Source: Caecitellus pseudoparvulus (Eukaryota; Protista; Bigyra: Bicosoecida). From it: 64,000 nucleotides of DNA. Location of the stretch: NCBI GenBank assembly GCA_965644315.1, contig CBFFRQ010000017.1:62001-126000 (forward strand), in the 5' to 3' direction. Below the pieces are notes generated by a model. That model was not told the DNA's origin. It did no database searches and was given only the letters and a program-made list of their open reading frames with translations. The stretch's first letter is position 1, and every line of letters starts with the position of its first letter. Shown piece after piece: positions 24,418-37,056 of the stretch. Position numbers and translations under genes: made by a program.

Positions 24418-25451
24418 TCAGCACCCAGTGTTCAAGTCCACCTCGGCTCCACAGATGGTGTCGTCGCCCTGCCACTGCTTGTAGTCAGCGCGGCCCCAGC
24501 CGCCGAAGGGGCGGAAGCCAGAGCATGACTCCGTCCCGTCATAGTCTGGGTACCACAGGGGCAAGTGGGAAGCCCCACTCCATTCCCCAGCGATCTCAGC
24601 CCAGGAGTTCCAGTTTGCGTATACACCACACTGGACACCAGCCTCCTCACAGCCCTGTGCAGAATCATCGAGGAGCAGGGTGAGAGCCACACGTACTGAC
24701 AGGCGCACATGGAACCGCAACAAGAAGGTGTGTTTGCTGGCAAGCGTTCTCCACCTCTTTTCCGTGCCGAGCAGCGGGCAGGACACACCTTGACTAGCCC
24801 CGCGATGAACTCGGCGTTTGCTGCCTTGTCCGAACTCCACGCCTGGGGCTCAATGTCCAACCAGATGCGGTCGAAGGTGTGCAAACCCCTTTCGGCAGAG
24901 TATGTGATGCTGTAGCCTTTGAGGTACTCGATCGTCTCAGCGATCTGCGCCTCGGGCTCGCCGCGGGGCACGTTGGGGAAGAGGTAAATGCCCAGCCGGC
25001 CGCCCTTCTTATACATGAGGGAGGAATACCAGTTGTAGATGGAGTGTGCTGCGAGGTAGAGGCGGGTGTGAGTGCGACAGGGCTCAGGGTTGAGGGACGT
25101 TGGGGCACCTCCCAGGGCGGTTGCAGCTGTGTGGTGGTGTGCTGTTGCCGCACGCGACGCACGTGCGACGGGGTCTGGGCCTCCTGACCCGAGATGGGCG
25201 CGAATGATAGCATACTCGTACTGCTCCTCTGCAAGACAGGTCCAAGTGCTGGGCTGGATGTGAGAGGACACCTGTGGCAAGGCACGCAAGCGGTGCATCC
25301 CAAGGATGTGGCGTCCAAGGCTGGCCGGCGTGCGCTGCGGCTCCCATTCACGCGCAGTTGCTGCACAGTGCAGACTCACATCGACGCCTCGGGCAGCCAG
25401 GGCACTCGTAATTGCTGCAAGCATAACCACGCCGGAGAGAGCAGTCTTCAT
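24418..25451 (-). CDS. Secreted GH25-type lysozyme, copy 2
   Basis: MKTALSGVVMLAAITSALAARGVD|VS, IWLDIEP, GVYANWNSW, FGGW; same three intron positions as copy 1. Confidence 0.88.
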
Positions 25452-25855
25452 GGTGCTAGGCAGGGCAGTGTGGAGGTGTCCGGAGTCGCTTGTGGTGTGG
25501 GTGTGGATCACACGCAGGAGCTGCTCAGACTGCAGGCACCGCAATATTCGAGAACACAAAGTGTTTCACGGGGGCGATGAATGATGCTGTGTTTGGAAAT
25601 TTAGGTCTGGCTCGCCACAGGCAGCAGCAGGCTTGCCGAGGGGGTCTATACATGAGCAAGGAAACGTGCCTGAAACGCCGCGCTTGCCTCGCAGCGACGC
25701 ACCCCCTGGGTCCCGGGCAGAACTTTGAGCCCCAAGGACCCTTATAAGTGTAAACATCGACGTTTGGGGCCCTTCACTGTTGCCTGGTGTGGGTATTTGC
25801 ACTCGAACTGCGGTCGGCAACGCCTGCGAGCCAAGCAGCTGCGCACGTCACCAGC

Positions 25856-28800
25856 ATGCGAGCGGCCTGCAGCGCCAATGTCTTCGCGGTGTGGTGCAGA
25901 GCTGCGCTCATTTGGGTCCTGTGCTTACAAAGGTACGGCATTTCAGCACATGACTGTGTGCACGACCAGGTTGCTGCCTCAGAGGCCTTGCACGCAGGCA
26001 ACGAGCGTGTCACGCTGCTGTCCAGCCAAACAGGCAAGCGAGCCACGGCGCATCGACGCCACCTCCAGAACCACGTCCTCCCCGACGACCGAGGCACCCT
26101 GAGACGCACGCTTGATTCAGGTATCGAGCGACAGTCGTACTTGCAGCGGCCCTGGATGCCGTTGCGTGTCACCGCGCACTTTGCACCGGGCTGGGCAGCT
26201 GAGCTGTCTGACCTCCAGCGGCACGCAGTTGAGGCTGTGGCCGTCCCCTCCGCCTTGCAGCGGCTTGCGCGCCTGCTGCTAGTTCGACGGGCACCACACC
26301 CTCTCACAGTGTCGCGGACGTGCTCTTCCTTCTACGTGCCCAGTGGCCGCTGTGCGAGCCTGGCCCCAAACGACTGGGTGAGGTGACCCGCCAACCGATC
26401 CTTCTCAGCCACCAACAACACACTCTCGGCCGCCCCTCGCTCATGGCGCAGTGTGGGTTCATTCCAGGGGATGCGAACATCGAGCTCCCTCCTGCAGTCC
26501 TGGGCGAAACCTCTGTCTGCTCGCAAGTCCTCGCCGTACTGCCCAACACAGTGCTGAAGTTGACCGCAGCCTCGCTTTCCTCGCTGCACAGGTGCGACCA
26601 CCCGTTGTGCTGCACTGCAACGACAGGCGCAGTGGGCTCGAACGACACAGACTTTGTTCTGCTGATTTCAGCGTCCCAGACTCCAGCGTGTGGGGGCGCG
26701 GCCGGGCCCAATGGTGTGAACGGCTATGCTGTGACGTGTCGCCGGGATAGCATGGACCGCCCTGTCGCAGGCCGCATCAACGTTTGTCCAGGCGGAGTCC
26801 CGAACACAACCGAAACCCATGAAATGGAGCATGTAGTGTCCACTGTGCTGCATGAGGCCATGCACGCGCTGGGCTTCAGCGCTTCCAGCTGGTGGCGATG
26901 GCGAGACCCGGACACCCTCGAGCCGCTCACCGCACGAGAAGGGCTCGGGCCCGCGCCACAGTATCAGGTGGTGGCAGGGGGTGCAACATATGACCTCCCT
27001 AGCGAGTCAACGCTGCAGTATTTCGCAGAGCGCGGCATTGGTTTGTGCTCGTCAGACGTTGAGAAGGCAACGCCTTCAAGCTGCGTCCACAAGCTTGTCA
27101 CTCCGTGGGCAACCCAAGCGTCCCGATGGTACTTCAACTGCTCAATGGTGCAGGGAGCCGAGCTCGAGAACCAGCCAACAGGTGCCACCATTGTCGGCTC
27201 ACACTTGGAGCAGCGAATTTTTGAGGGTACGCTCATGACCGCCGTTTCGCGTGGAGCGGCTGTGCTGGACCCAATCTCCTTAGGCATCATGCAAGACAGT
27301 GGGTGGTACAAGGTGCAGTGGGAGGAAGCTGATCCACTGAGTGGGAAGGTGTTTGGATTTCAGCAAGGGTGTGCCTTTGCTCTGGGGACTTGCGCTGGCC
27401 CAATCGCAACGGCTGTGCATCTCAGCCCGCCGCGCTTCTCGGATGGGTCACAACAGACCGCTTGCTCCGTGGATCGACGTCACATCGTCAAGCTCTCCGG
27501 AACTAAGGCGTGGCCCAGTCCTCTACCGTCACATTTCCGGTACTTTGATGACGCATCCCTGGGTGGCACGTTGCCACAAGCTGATTTCTGCCCTGCTCCC
27601 AACGCCACTTCTGGCACATCGTGCCTTGATCCAGCCCAGCCGTGGGACCCCAACTCCGGCTCATTCTACGGCCCAAACAGCACGTGTGTGCTTTCGTCAG
27701 CCGCATTTGCCAGTCCTTCAGGGCCGCAGCCTGTCCCACATTGCATGCGGTTCTCGTGCGGCGCCGCAGCAGAGCAGGCGTCCCCTGCCCTCTCTCTGCA
27801 CTTTCATGGCTCTGGCTTTACCCTCTCGGCTGTTTGTGCGTACGATGGCGAGGTGGTGTCGTTTGGCCCCCCGGTTTTGGGCACAGTGATTTGCCCCGAC
27901 CCTGAGGATATGTGTGGCCCGGGGCGCCGATTCGTACCTCCACCGTCTCCCAGTGCCTCCCCCAGCTCCTCACAATCTCCCTCTGCCACCCCGACCAGCT
28001 CGCCCACAAGCTCCCCCAGTGCAGCTCTCCCCACGCCATCGCCGACAGCTTCGGCACTCGTTCCGTCTGCTTTGCCCACACCGTCGCCCCTTTCATGTTC
28101 ATGTGGCGAGTGTGTTCATGGACAGTGCGGGTGCGCGCGGTCCAGCGACCTGGCGCGGCTCGACCCGTCTCTGTTGCTGGCATTGGAGGCAGCGGGAGCA
28201 CCAGCTCCCGCAGCGAGCGACAAAGTACAGGCTTGCGTTTGCGAAGATGGCTACACAGGCCCGTCATGTTCTGTTCCACAAGTAGCCTGTGACAGCCGTG
28301 ACACACTTTGTGGCCTGGGATCCGGGTGTTCTGCGTGCCTGCTTGGCTTTCCATGTGTGTCCTCTGACCAGTGTGGGGATGCGGCCGCGCAGAACGCGAC
28401 AGAGTGCTCGGCAATCACTGGCCGCTGCCTCATGCGAAGCTCCCGGGCAGGGGAGAGCGCTTTGCATGTGAACGTCTCCCTATGGGGCATTGACCAGTCC
28501 ACGTTTGCACTGGCCGAGCTCCAGGACGCCCTGCTGCAAGCCGCTACGAAGGTGCTGGCACTGCACACCAACAGCACAGACTTTGAAATCTTCGTTGCCC
28601 GCGTGGATGAGGTGCCCTTGTCTTCACCTCACGGCCTGACCCGGCGAGCTTCCGGGAGGAGCAGCCCAGCCGTTTTCCCTGGCCGAACACAAGTGGGTCT
28701 CCTAGCTGTAGGGGGGGTTGCCCCCCCTGCGGCTGCCACACAAGCCTTCTTTGCCACAACTCAGAGTGGCTTCCTCTTCCGCTCCATCGCTCAGGACAGC

Positions 28801-29163
28801 ACTGTGAACACCACGCTGCTCGCAGTCAGTGCGTCAGCTGTGTCTGGGGGAGTGAACCCCTTGCAGGCACCAGGCCCGAGCGCTCCCGAAGCAGGCACGA
28901 CAACGTCGGCCAGACCCGCACATGGGCTGTCGACTGGCGCTGTAGTTGGAGCTGCAGTGTGCAGTTTGCTTGGCGTGGTGGCTTGCGTGGTGGGCGTCGG
29001 GTTTGTGCGACAGCGCTGGAAGAAGCCAGCTTGCTGGAGGCGAGACGCGCTCGCGGAGGGTGGCAGGGTGCAGCCAACTAATGTGGAAACCATTGCCCCA
29101 GGATCACCCATGCCGAGGTCCCCGATGCCTGGGCAACTCCCCGGCGCAATCAAGTACGTGTAG
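25856..29163 (+). CDS. Leishmanolysin/GP63-like (M8) metallopeptidase 2 with S/P/T stalk, EGF-like domains and TM helix
   Basis: HDCVHD propeptide, DRPVAGRINVCP, HEAMHALGFS (26851-26865), GAELEN, GSHLEQR, LMTA, MQDSGWY, mucin-like stalk ~27937-28090, TM ~28940-29005. Confidence 0.9.
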
Positions 29164-29338
29164 CAACTCTGCTGTTTTGCAGGGTAGAGTTGAAGTGGAG
29201 GCAAGCTACAGCTCCTCAGCAGGGCAAGCTGGCAAGCATTTCAATGTGCCGAGGGACCTCTAGAATCCACCCCAGCTGTACAAGTGCAGAACATCTCTGC
29301 TCCCTGTGGTGCCGCCCGCCTTTTCGCATTTCTCAAGC

Positions 29339-31079
29339 ATGGCAGCCGAAACCGCACCTCTCAGCGTGTTCGAGGGCGCAGGGCTTGGCCCAGCATCAGG
29401 CGACGCCTCAGGGGAGGGTGGTGCCGCAGCAACTGGCTTTGTCCACGAAGACGCAGACGAGGGGAAGCTCCCAGTGACGTTGCTGTCTGGTTTTCTGGGC
29501 TCAGGGAAAACGACGCTGCTCAAGGTGCGGAAAATGTTGCGGGGTTTGGTTGCCTGTGCGTTTTCCAGCAACTTCTTCACGCCTCTGGAGGTTGCCGGCT
29601 TCGCAGCACATTCTTTCGAACAAGAAAGGCATGCGGGTTGCCGTTATCGTGAATGACATGAGCGAGGTGAACGTGGACGCCGCCACCATCAAGGCTGGCT
29701 CTGTGCACGTTGCGCACCGCCAGTCTGAGATGGTTGCGCTGGAGAGCGGCTGCATCTGCTGCACGCTGCGCCAAGACCTGCTGGAGGAGGTGGCAAAGTT
29801 GGCAGGCGAGGGCAAGTTCGACTACTTGGTCATCGAGAGCACTGGTATGGCAGCTCCTGCCCCTGTGGCGGAGACTTTTTCGTTTGGGGAGACTGGGCCT
29901 GGTCGCGTGCTGGGCGACGTGGCTCGCCTGGACACTCTTGTGACCGTGGTGGACTGCTCGCGGTTCTTTGACAACATGAACAGCTTGGAGTCTATTGACG
30001 AAGATGAGTGTGGCATCGGCGGGCAACCCGGGAGCCTCGTGAGCCTTCTCATTGAGCAGGTCGAGTTCGCGACAACCATCCTCCTGAACAAGACAGACCT
30101 CGTCAGCCCTGACGAACTGGAGACTGTTGCTGCGTTTGTGAAGAAGCTCAACCCCGGCGCGACGGTTCTGCGGTGCACCAACAGTGCTGTGCCGCTGGAC
30201 AGCGTCTTGAACACGAAAGCCTACTCGCTGGACTGCGCGGCTCTCATGCCCGGCTGGCTCATGGAGCTGCAGGGAGATGCAGCACAGGAGAAGGAAGACC
30301 AAGAGGCCCCTGCTGCGCCGACCGATGGGCCCGATGCCCCTGCTGACTGCTGTGCTGCAGGCGCTTGTGCCAGCGAGGCACCCTCGACGGGGTGCAAGGC
30401 GGCTGCAGCGGCCAGTGACTGCTGTGGCAGCAGCACCTGCGAAAGCAAGGCAAGTGGGGGCTCTTGCAAGGAGGGCACTGCCGAGTGCTGTGCGACTGGG
30501 ACATGCCGCAAGCAAAGCAACACGCTGGTGTCGTATGGTGTGGGTTCCTTCGTGTTTCGCAGCGCGGCTCGGCCCTTCCACCCGCAGCGCCTCCACGGTG
30601 CCCTGGACGTGCTCTTCGCCCCTGACAGCGTCGCTTCCATCGTGGCCAGCGGGGGAGCAGACGATGGCAGTCTTGGTGTTGTGCTGCGCAGCAAGGGCAG
30701 CTTGTGGCTGGCGTCTGCCCACGACACCATGGTCATGTGGGCGCAGGCAGGGCGCCACTTCGCGCTGGACCCTGACCGGCCATGGCTGGCCGCCATGCCA
30801 GAGGGCTTCGAGGCAGAGCTGGATGAGGAGGAGCAAGCTGAGCTGGAGGCGGAGCGGGCGGGCTTCCACCCCACCTGGGGCGACCGTGGATCCGAACTGG
30901 TGTTTATCGGCCTCGGGCTGAACGAGGCGGCCATCTCGGAGCTGCTTCAGAGGGCTCTGCTGACCGATGTTGAGTTGGCAGAGGGCCCCGAGGCGTGGGC
31001 GGAGCTGCCATGTCCGTTTGTGGAAGCTTGGGCCGCCGCTGCTGCTGAGGCTGACGAGGAGGGAGAGGAAGAGGGCTGA
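29339..31079 (+). CDS. COG0523/CobW/ZNG1-family metallochaperone GTPase
   Basis: LPVTLLSGFLGSGKTTLLK|HIL, VAVIVND, GCICC, IESTG, LNKTD, CobW_C region RPFHPQRL...RSKG.LWLA...WGDR..ELVFIG; one intron. Confidence 0.93.
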
Positions 31080-31252
31080 GCCGCCGGACAGTGGGCAGTA
31101 CCCCGCACAATTCGCCGCCACGGAAAAGGCGAATGCACTGGAGAATTCGCATGCTGCACCGGCTTTTGCGCATAGGCTGCAGTTGCCCGGCTCACGCGCC
31201 CGGCGCTTCGACGTGCTCAACCTGCCCGGCCGGTTGTCCCTGCCACTGCACC

Positions 31253-33424
31253 ATGCCTGGGGTGCTGTCTACGCTGGGAGGGAGCGGAAGCTCCACGTCG
31301 AGGTCCTTGCTAAAGTACCTTGGTGGGCTGGCGGTGGTAGGGGCAGCGTTGCGGGCGGGAGGAGGTGCCGTCGCGGATGCGCCGAGTGCCCTCCCTGGGG
31401 GCGCAGCACGAAAAGCAGCAGAGCAGAGCGCTGAAGCACGTGGTGGGGCTTCCGGTCGGCCGGGGGTAAACATGGAGTTTGTTCGTCAGCTCATGAAGAT
31501 CTTGGCGGTGTGCATTCCCAGTGTCTTCTCCATGGAGGCTCTGTGGGCTGCCATTGCAGGAGGTGCGGAATTTCAATGCCCAGACCACGCCAAGTGAGTT
31601 GCCCACCCTTCCCTTTGCTGTGGATCGCAGGGCTGATGGTCATGCGGACTTATGCCGACTTGGTGTTGATAGACAAGCAGGTGAGCCGCATTGCGTGGCT
31701 GCCCCTGGCCAGGCTCCGCCGCGCACCCTGGCGTTGTGGTGTTGCTGTCCACGCAGGGAAGGCTTGAGGGCGCCATCGTCTCACGTGACGCGGGCGCGTT
31801 CCAGGAGCGACTGACGGGCTTCCTGGGGGACATCTTACCTCTTGCATTGACGAACAACCTGTTGAAGTATGCGTTGCAGGAGCTCCAGATGCGCTGCAGG
31901 TCTCGGCTGACCAAGCACTTATTGCAGAAGTACATGGCGGGGCAGGCGTTCTACCACATAACGGCCGTGGACGGGCGTATCTCGAACCCAGAGCAGCTCT
32001 TGACCACAGATGTAGATAAATTCTGTAGCAGCGTCGTGTCCGTCTTCCAGCAGGTGCTGAAGCCCGCCGTGGACGCCGCCGTGTACACATACAAGCTGAC
32101 TCGGAGTATTGGCGTGCAGGGACCGGGCAGCATGCTGGGGTACCTGGTGCTGTCAGGAGCCTTCCTCACCTGGCTGCGCCGCCCCACGACGCGCTTTACC
32201 TCTGTGGAGCAGCGCATGGAGGGCGAGTACCGCTTCGCGCACTCCCGCCTGCTTGCGCATGCGGAGGAAGTGGCGTTTTACGGGGGCGGGCAGGTGGAGG
32301 GGACGACGCTTGTGGGCGCGTTTGATGCGCTCATGGACCACGTCAGGCGTGGCCAGCAGTTCAGGTACTCGGTGGGTGTCATTGACAGCATTTTAGCGAA
32401 GTATGCAGCCACCATTGTGGGACTGCTCATCATCTCCCGGCCATTTCTGGGCGGGCCAGCGGGTGCCGGCAGCGGGCAATCTCGACAGGACATGGAGGCG
32501 TACTATGCCTCTGCACGCATGCTGTTGAACCTCAGCAACGCCATGGGCCGCCTGATCCTTGCCGGGCGGGAAATGGCTCGCCTGGCGGGGTTCACTGCGC
32601 GCGTGACCCAGCTCGGGCAAGTGCTGGAGGATTTAGCGGCTGGGCAATACGACCGACAGTTTGTGGGGGCCCAGGCCGACACCAGCCTGCACGCTTTCAA
32701 GCGTGGAGCTGAGGGGGTTGATGAGGGCGCCATTGAGTTCCAAGACGTCCCTCTGGCAACGCCGAACAACGACGTGCTCGTGCCCAGCATTTCGTTCCGA
32801 GTTCCGCTCGGCGCGAACGTGCTCGTGGCAGGCCCCAACGGCTGTGGCAAGAGCAGCCTTTTCCGCATTCTTGGCGGGCTGTGGCCTCTGCCAGGCGGCA
32901 AGCTGACGAAACCAGAAGCCAGCAAGCTGTTTTACATCCCCCAACGGCCGTACCTGTCCCTGGGGACGCTGCGGGAGCAGCTCATTTACCCGCACACGCC
33001 AGAGCAGGCACAAGCAGCAGGGGTTGGGGACGATGCTATTGTGCAGTTGATGCACGACGTGCAGCTGCAGCATTTGCTGCAGCGATACGAGAGTGAGAGT
33101 GCCGGCACGGAGCACGTGCTGGACACGGTGGCGGACTGGACGGACGTGTTGAGTGGCGGGGAGAAGCAGCGAGTCGGCATGGCCAGGGTGTTCTACCACA
33201 GGCCGAGCTTTGTCGTGAATGACGAGGCCACGAGCCAAGTCTCCGCGGACGCAGAGGCTGCGATTTACTCCCGGTGCCGGGAGCTTGGCATGACGCTGTT
33301 CACTGTGTCCCACCGGCGGTCCTTGTGGAGGTGGCATGAGTTCCTGCTGCGCTTCGACGGCGAGGGGGGCTATGAGTTCCGCAGCATGTCGGCCGCAGAC
33401 AGGGCAGATCCGTTCGGAACGTAG
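31253..33424 (+). CDS. Peroxisomal ABC transporter, subfamily D (PMP70/ABCD3-like)
   Basis: RISNPEQLLTTDV, EAA-like EGEYRFAHSRLLAHAEEVAFYGG, RLAGFTARV, Walker A GPNGCGKSS, YIPQRPY, LSGGEKQR, DEATS, VSHR; two introns. Confidence 0.93.
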
Positions 33425-33559
33425 GAGCTGCAGGCGACGGATAGGGGGGGCGAATCTGTTCGTTTGTGGCGCAATGCATGTCGCCGCGCAACTGAAGTGT
33501 GTGCATTCCAGCCCGCACCGCACCCTCACCACAAGCACACACCCCGTCCACCGCTTTGC

Positions 33560-36500
33560 TCAATCGCTGTACACAACACTGCCCTCTTCAGGTGCGCTGC
33601 GCCGGTCCAAGGTGCTCTCTGCGTCCTCCACACTGCCCTCCCCCGCCTCCTCCGCCTCTGCCCGGGCGACCTCCAACAGCATCGCGTCGTCGAAGAACTT
33701 GCTGATGGAGACGTCTTCACTCAGGCCCTTGCGGCGGCGGGTCTTGATCATGAAGTCACGAGCCAGAGCCTGTGTGGGCGAGGGCTCCAGTGGCCTCAGG
33801 ACAATGGAGCGGTCCAGCGGGTCACCCGGTGCAATGGCCCAGTGGTCGAAGCGCTGCGTGACAAAGCCCAGCCCTTGCGTGTGCACGCGGACATCTGTTT
33901 CGAAGCCAAAGCTGTCCATGGCGGGAATGTAGCCGTGCACCTTGTAGAAGGGCGTGCCGGGAATGGGTGCGTCTGACACCACGTGGCCTCGGCGGCGCTG
34001 CAGGATGCTGAAGATGGGCTGGATGGCGTCGGCGGGGCACTGCGCCTCCACAGCGAACACGGGCTCCATGATGCGGGGGGAGGCCAGGAGGAAGGAGGAG
34101 TACACCACCCGGCGGGCGGTGGGGATGAGCTGCCCTCCACCCCGGTGGATGGGCTCCCCTGCCAGGGACGCGTCCAGCAGTCGCACCTTTACCCCACGCA
34201 TGGGCTCGTCGGCCAGAGGGCCTTCCTGCGTGGACCACTGGAACCCCTGTACGATCCAGTCCTTGCTGGTGGCCAGCAAGGCCTCATCTGCGTCCAGTGT
34301 GTCGTTCAGCAGCATGTTGGGGCCCTGTGCCGAGGGCCCTGTCGCCCACACCGAGGATGCCGCCAGGATGTCCCACGAGAAGGCATCACGGAGGAAGCTG
34401 CGGAGGGGCCCAGGGGGGGAGAGCGGGGGTACCTGCCCTGCTTCCAGCGCCTCGGGCAGCCCCCGGTCCAGCGGCTCTGCGATCATCGTGAGCTTGTTGT
34501 GCCCGTTGGCACTCTCCCCGAAGCACTGCAGCTTCGAGGTGTCCAGGACCGTCTCAGCGAAGCACGTGACGGGGTCGGCCACCTTCACCTCCACACCGCC
34601 GTACACCTCCCGCAAGTCGTGCATGATGCAGTCCAGGCCCAGCTCGCCGGTGTACATGATGACGTGCTCGCCGGACTCTTCTGTGCGGTGGGCCATGAGC
34701 GGGTACGTGGCGCTGCACTGGCGCAGGCCATCCAGCATCTTGGGCAGGTCAGTCGGCACGATGGGCTCCACGGACAGCTTCACGACGGGTGCTGTGACGT
34801 GCTGCAGGGGGCGGAAGGTGGCGGGGACCCCCGCGGAGGCCTCTCCCGCGATCAGTGTGGCGGACTTGGTGATGGTGCCGGTGAGGCCGGAGATGAGGAC
34901 CCAGTTGCCTGCAGGCACCGCTGGCATCTGCAGCATGTACCGGGCCTGCCCTATGGCCAAGCGGGTGATGGTGCCGGTGTGAGACTCCTCTTGGTCCTCC
35001 TCCCCAAAGGACTCCCCCAGCACGCGCACCTGCATGTCCTGCTGGGCTGTCCCACTCCACACCCTGCCCAGCGCGTGCAACTGTGTGCCGTCCTGGGAAG
35101 CCACCTGCTGCACGACGTTGATCACCAGCGGCCCTGACGCATCGCAGGTCATCAGGGCCTGCCCCAGTTGTGACTCGACACGGCCACTCCACACACGCGG
35201 AATGCGGAAGGGGGCGCTCTCCACTGGGCTGGGGGCGAACTGCGCGAGGGCCGTGACGAGCCCTGCAGCTGAGCCCAGCCACTGTGCGAAGATGCGGTTC
35301 AGCAGCGGGCCTGGGTCACTGCGTAGATCGGAGCGGGAGACGCGAACGCCCAACTCTGCCAGGAGCCGGGGCAGGGCCTTGGCATCCTCCCCCAGCACCT
35401 GCGCATACACCTTGTAGATTGGCTCCAGGACAAAGTGCACGAAGGAGCGAGGCGCACACCCGGGCTGCCCCGAAGCGGCACGCCCTTCTGAGGCACTCCG
35501 CACGATGCGGCCAGTGGCACAGTCCAAGAAGCAGTCCCCCCACAGCTTCTGAGCCAGAGTAGCAGGTGCGATGGGCTTGCCCGAGCCAGCCTTGCGCTGC
35601 AAGTACATGGCCGCGAAGGAGTGCAAGGAGAAGAGCCACTTGTGGCTGGAAGAGGCGAAGAGGACGTTGCCATCGGCTGGGTCCAGGGGCGTGGGTGCGG
35701 CGTCGGGTGCGGGCGCCGCCCCGGCGGCGATTGCGTTCACCTCTGAAATGACGTGGGCCAGCTTGAAGTAGGCGTCGCTGGGGGGCAGCTTCAGCTCCAG
35801 CACCAGGCGGTCCAGCTTATTCAGCACCAGCACCAGCGGCAGTCCCTCCTGCACTGCAGCCTGGATGGCAGCCTCCGTGCCAGCCATGACACCCTCCAAC
35901 GCGTCCACGACGACCACAGCGCAGTCTGCGAGGCGCAGGCCGGCCACCATCTGGTCAACAAAGTTCAGGTGCCCTGGCGTGTCCACGGCGTTGATGAGGG
36001 CACTCTTCCCGCTGGTGTCTTGCAGGAGGAGGGACACGGGTGTGGCCTTGATGGACAGCTCCCGCTCCTGCTCGTCCTTGCGGGCGTCGGTGTACCTGCG
36101 CTGCTTGCGCTGGTCCCACGCGCTCTCATGAGTCTGTTCGATGAGCAGGTCCAGCAGGGACGTCTTGCCGTGGTGCAGGTGGCCCATAACGGCCACGTTG
36201 CGGATGCTCTCAGGTGTGCTGGCCAGGGAACCCAGGAAACTGTGCTCGTACAGGGTGGCGGGCGCCTCCTCTGTGTGTGCGAAGGTCTTCGTGCTGACTG
36301 GCGCGACGATGGGCTGGGTGATGGGCTGTGCGTCTTCGTCCTGCACCAGCACCTCTGCGTCGGGGTACACCTGTGCGGGGCAGCAGGGCGAGCTTGCGTG
36401 CCAGGCGGGCAGGGCCAGTCGCAGCTTGCGTGCTCTCTCACCTCCTCTGCGTCAGGGTAATACTTCTTGTCTTCATGCAGGACAATGGCATTGTCATAGG

Positions 36501-36880
36501 GGGCAGCTTCCCCGCTTGTGCCTGCCGAAGGGAGGGGAGGGCCATCGAGCCGCCGTGAAGGTGGAGCCTTTTCCGCAACCGGTCGCCTTCGCCTGCCGAC
36601 TCAGGGCCACGCACCAGACGCCTCAAGTGTCACATCGCCTTCATGTCCTTCTCCAGCGAGCCCTGCGCGCACTTGCGCGTCACCGTCTTCGTCCCCTGCC
36701 CCGTGCCATGCCACATGTGCTGGCCCGTCATCCTGCACAGCAGAGGCAGCGGCATGGCACCGTGAGGCCACGGCGCTGACTGGCCACGGTGCAGGGCAGG
36801 CATGCACGGACGCTGTCATCACCACTATCCAGGTCTGGGCCGATGTAGTTCCCGAACTCGTCGTACAGCTGTTCCTCCAT
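33560..36880 (-). CDS. EFTUD2: U5 snRNP 116 kDa GTPase (Snu114)
   Basis: MEEQLYDEFGNYIGP, AIVLHEDKKYYP, VQDEDAQP, GHLHHGKT, DTPGH, NKLDRL.LELKLPP.DAY, GDPLD...ARDFMIKTRRRKGL; three introns. Confidence 0.97.
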
Positions 36881-37056
36881 GGCGGACAACGGCGGGCCTT
36901 GCCTGGCTCAATTTCCGCGCCTGCCCCCGTGTGCTTCCCTCTGCACTGCGCCCGTTGGCGATGGCAAGCGGTATGTGCGGCAGATTCATCCTGCTCCACA
37001 GGTAGGTGCATTCCCTGACCAGCGAGTTTTGCTTCGGGATGGCGGTTCTCCGCCGC

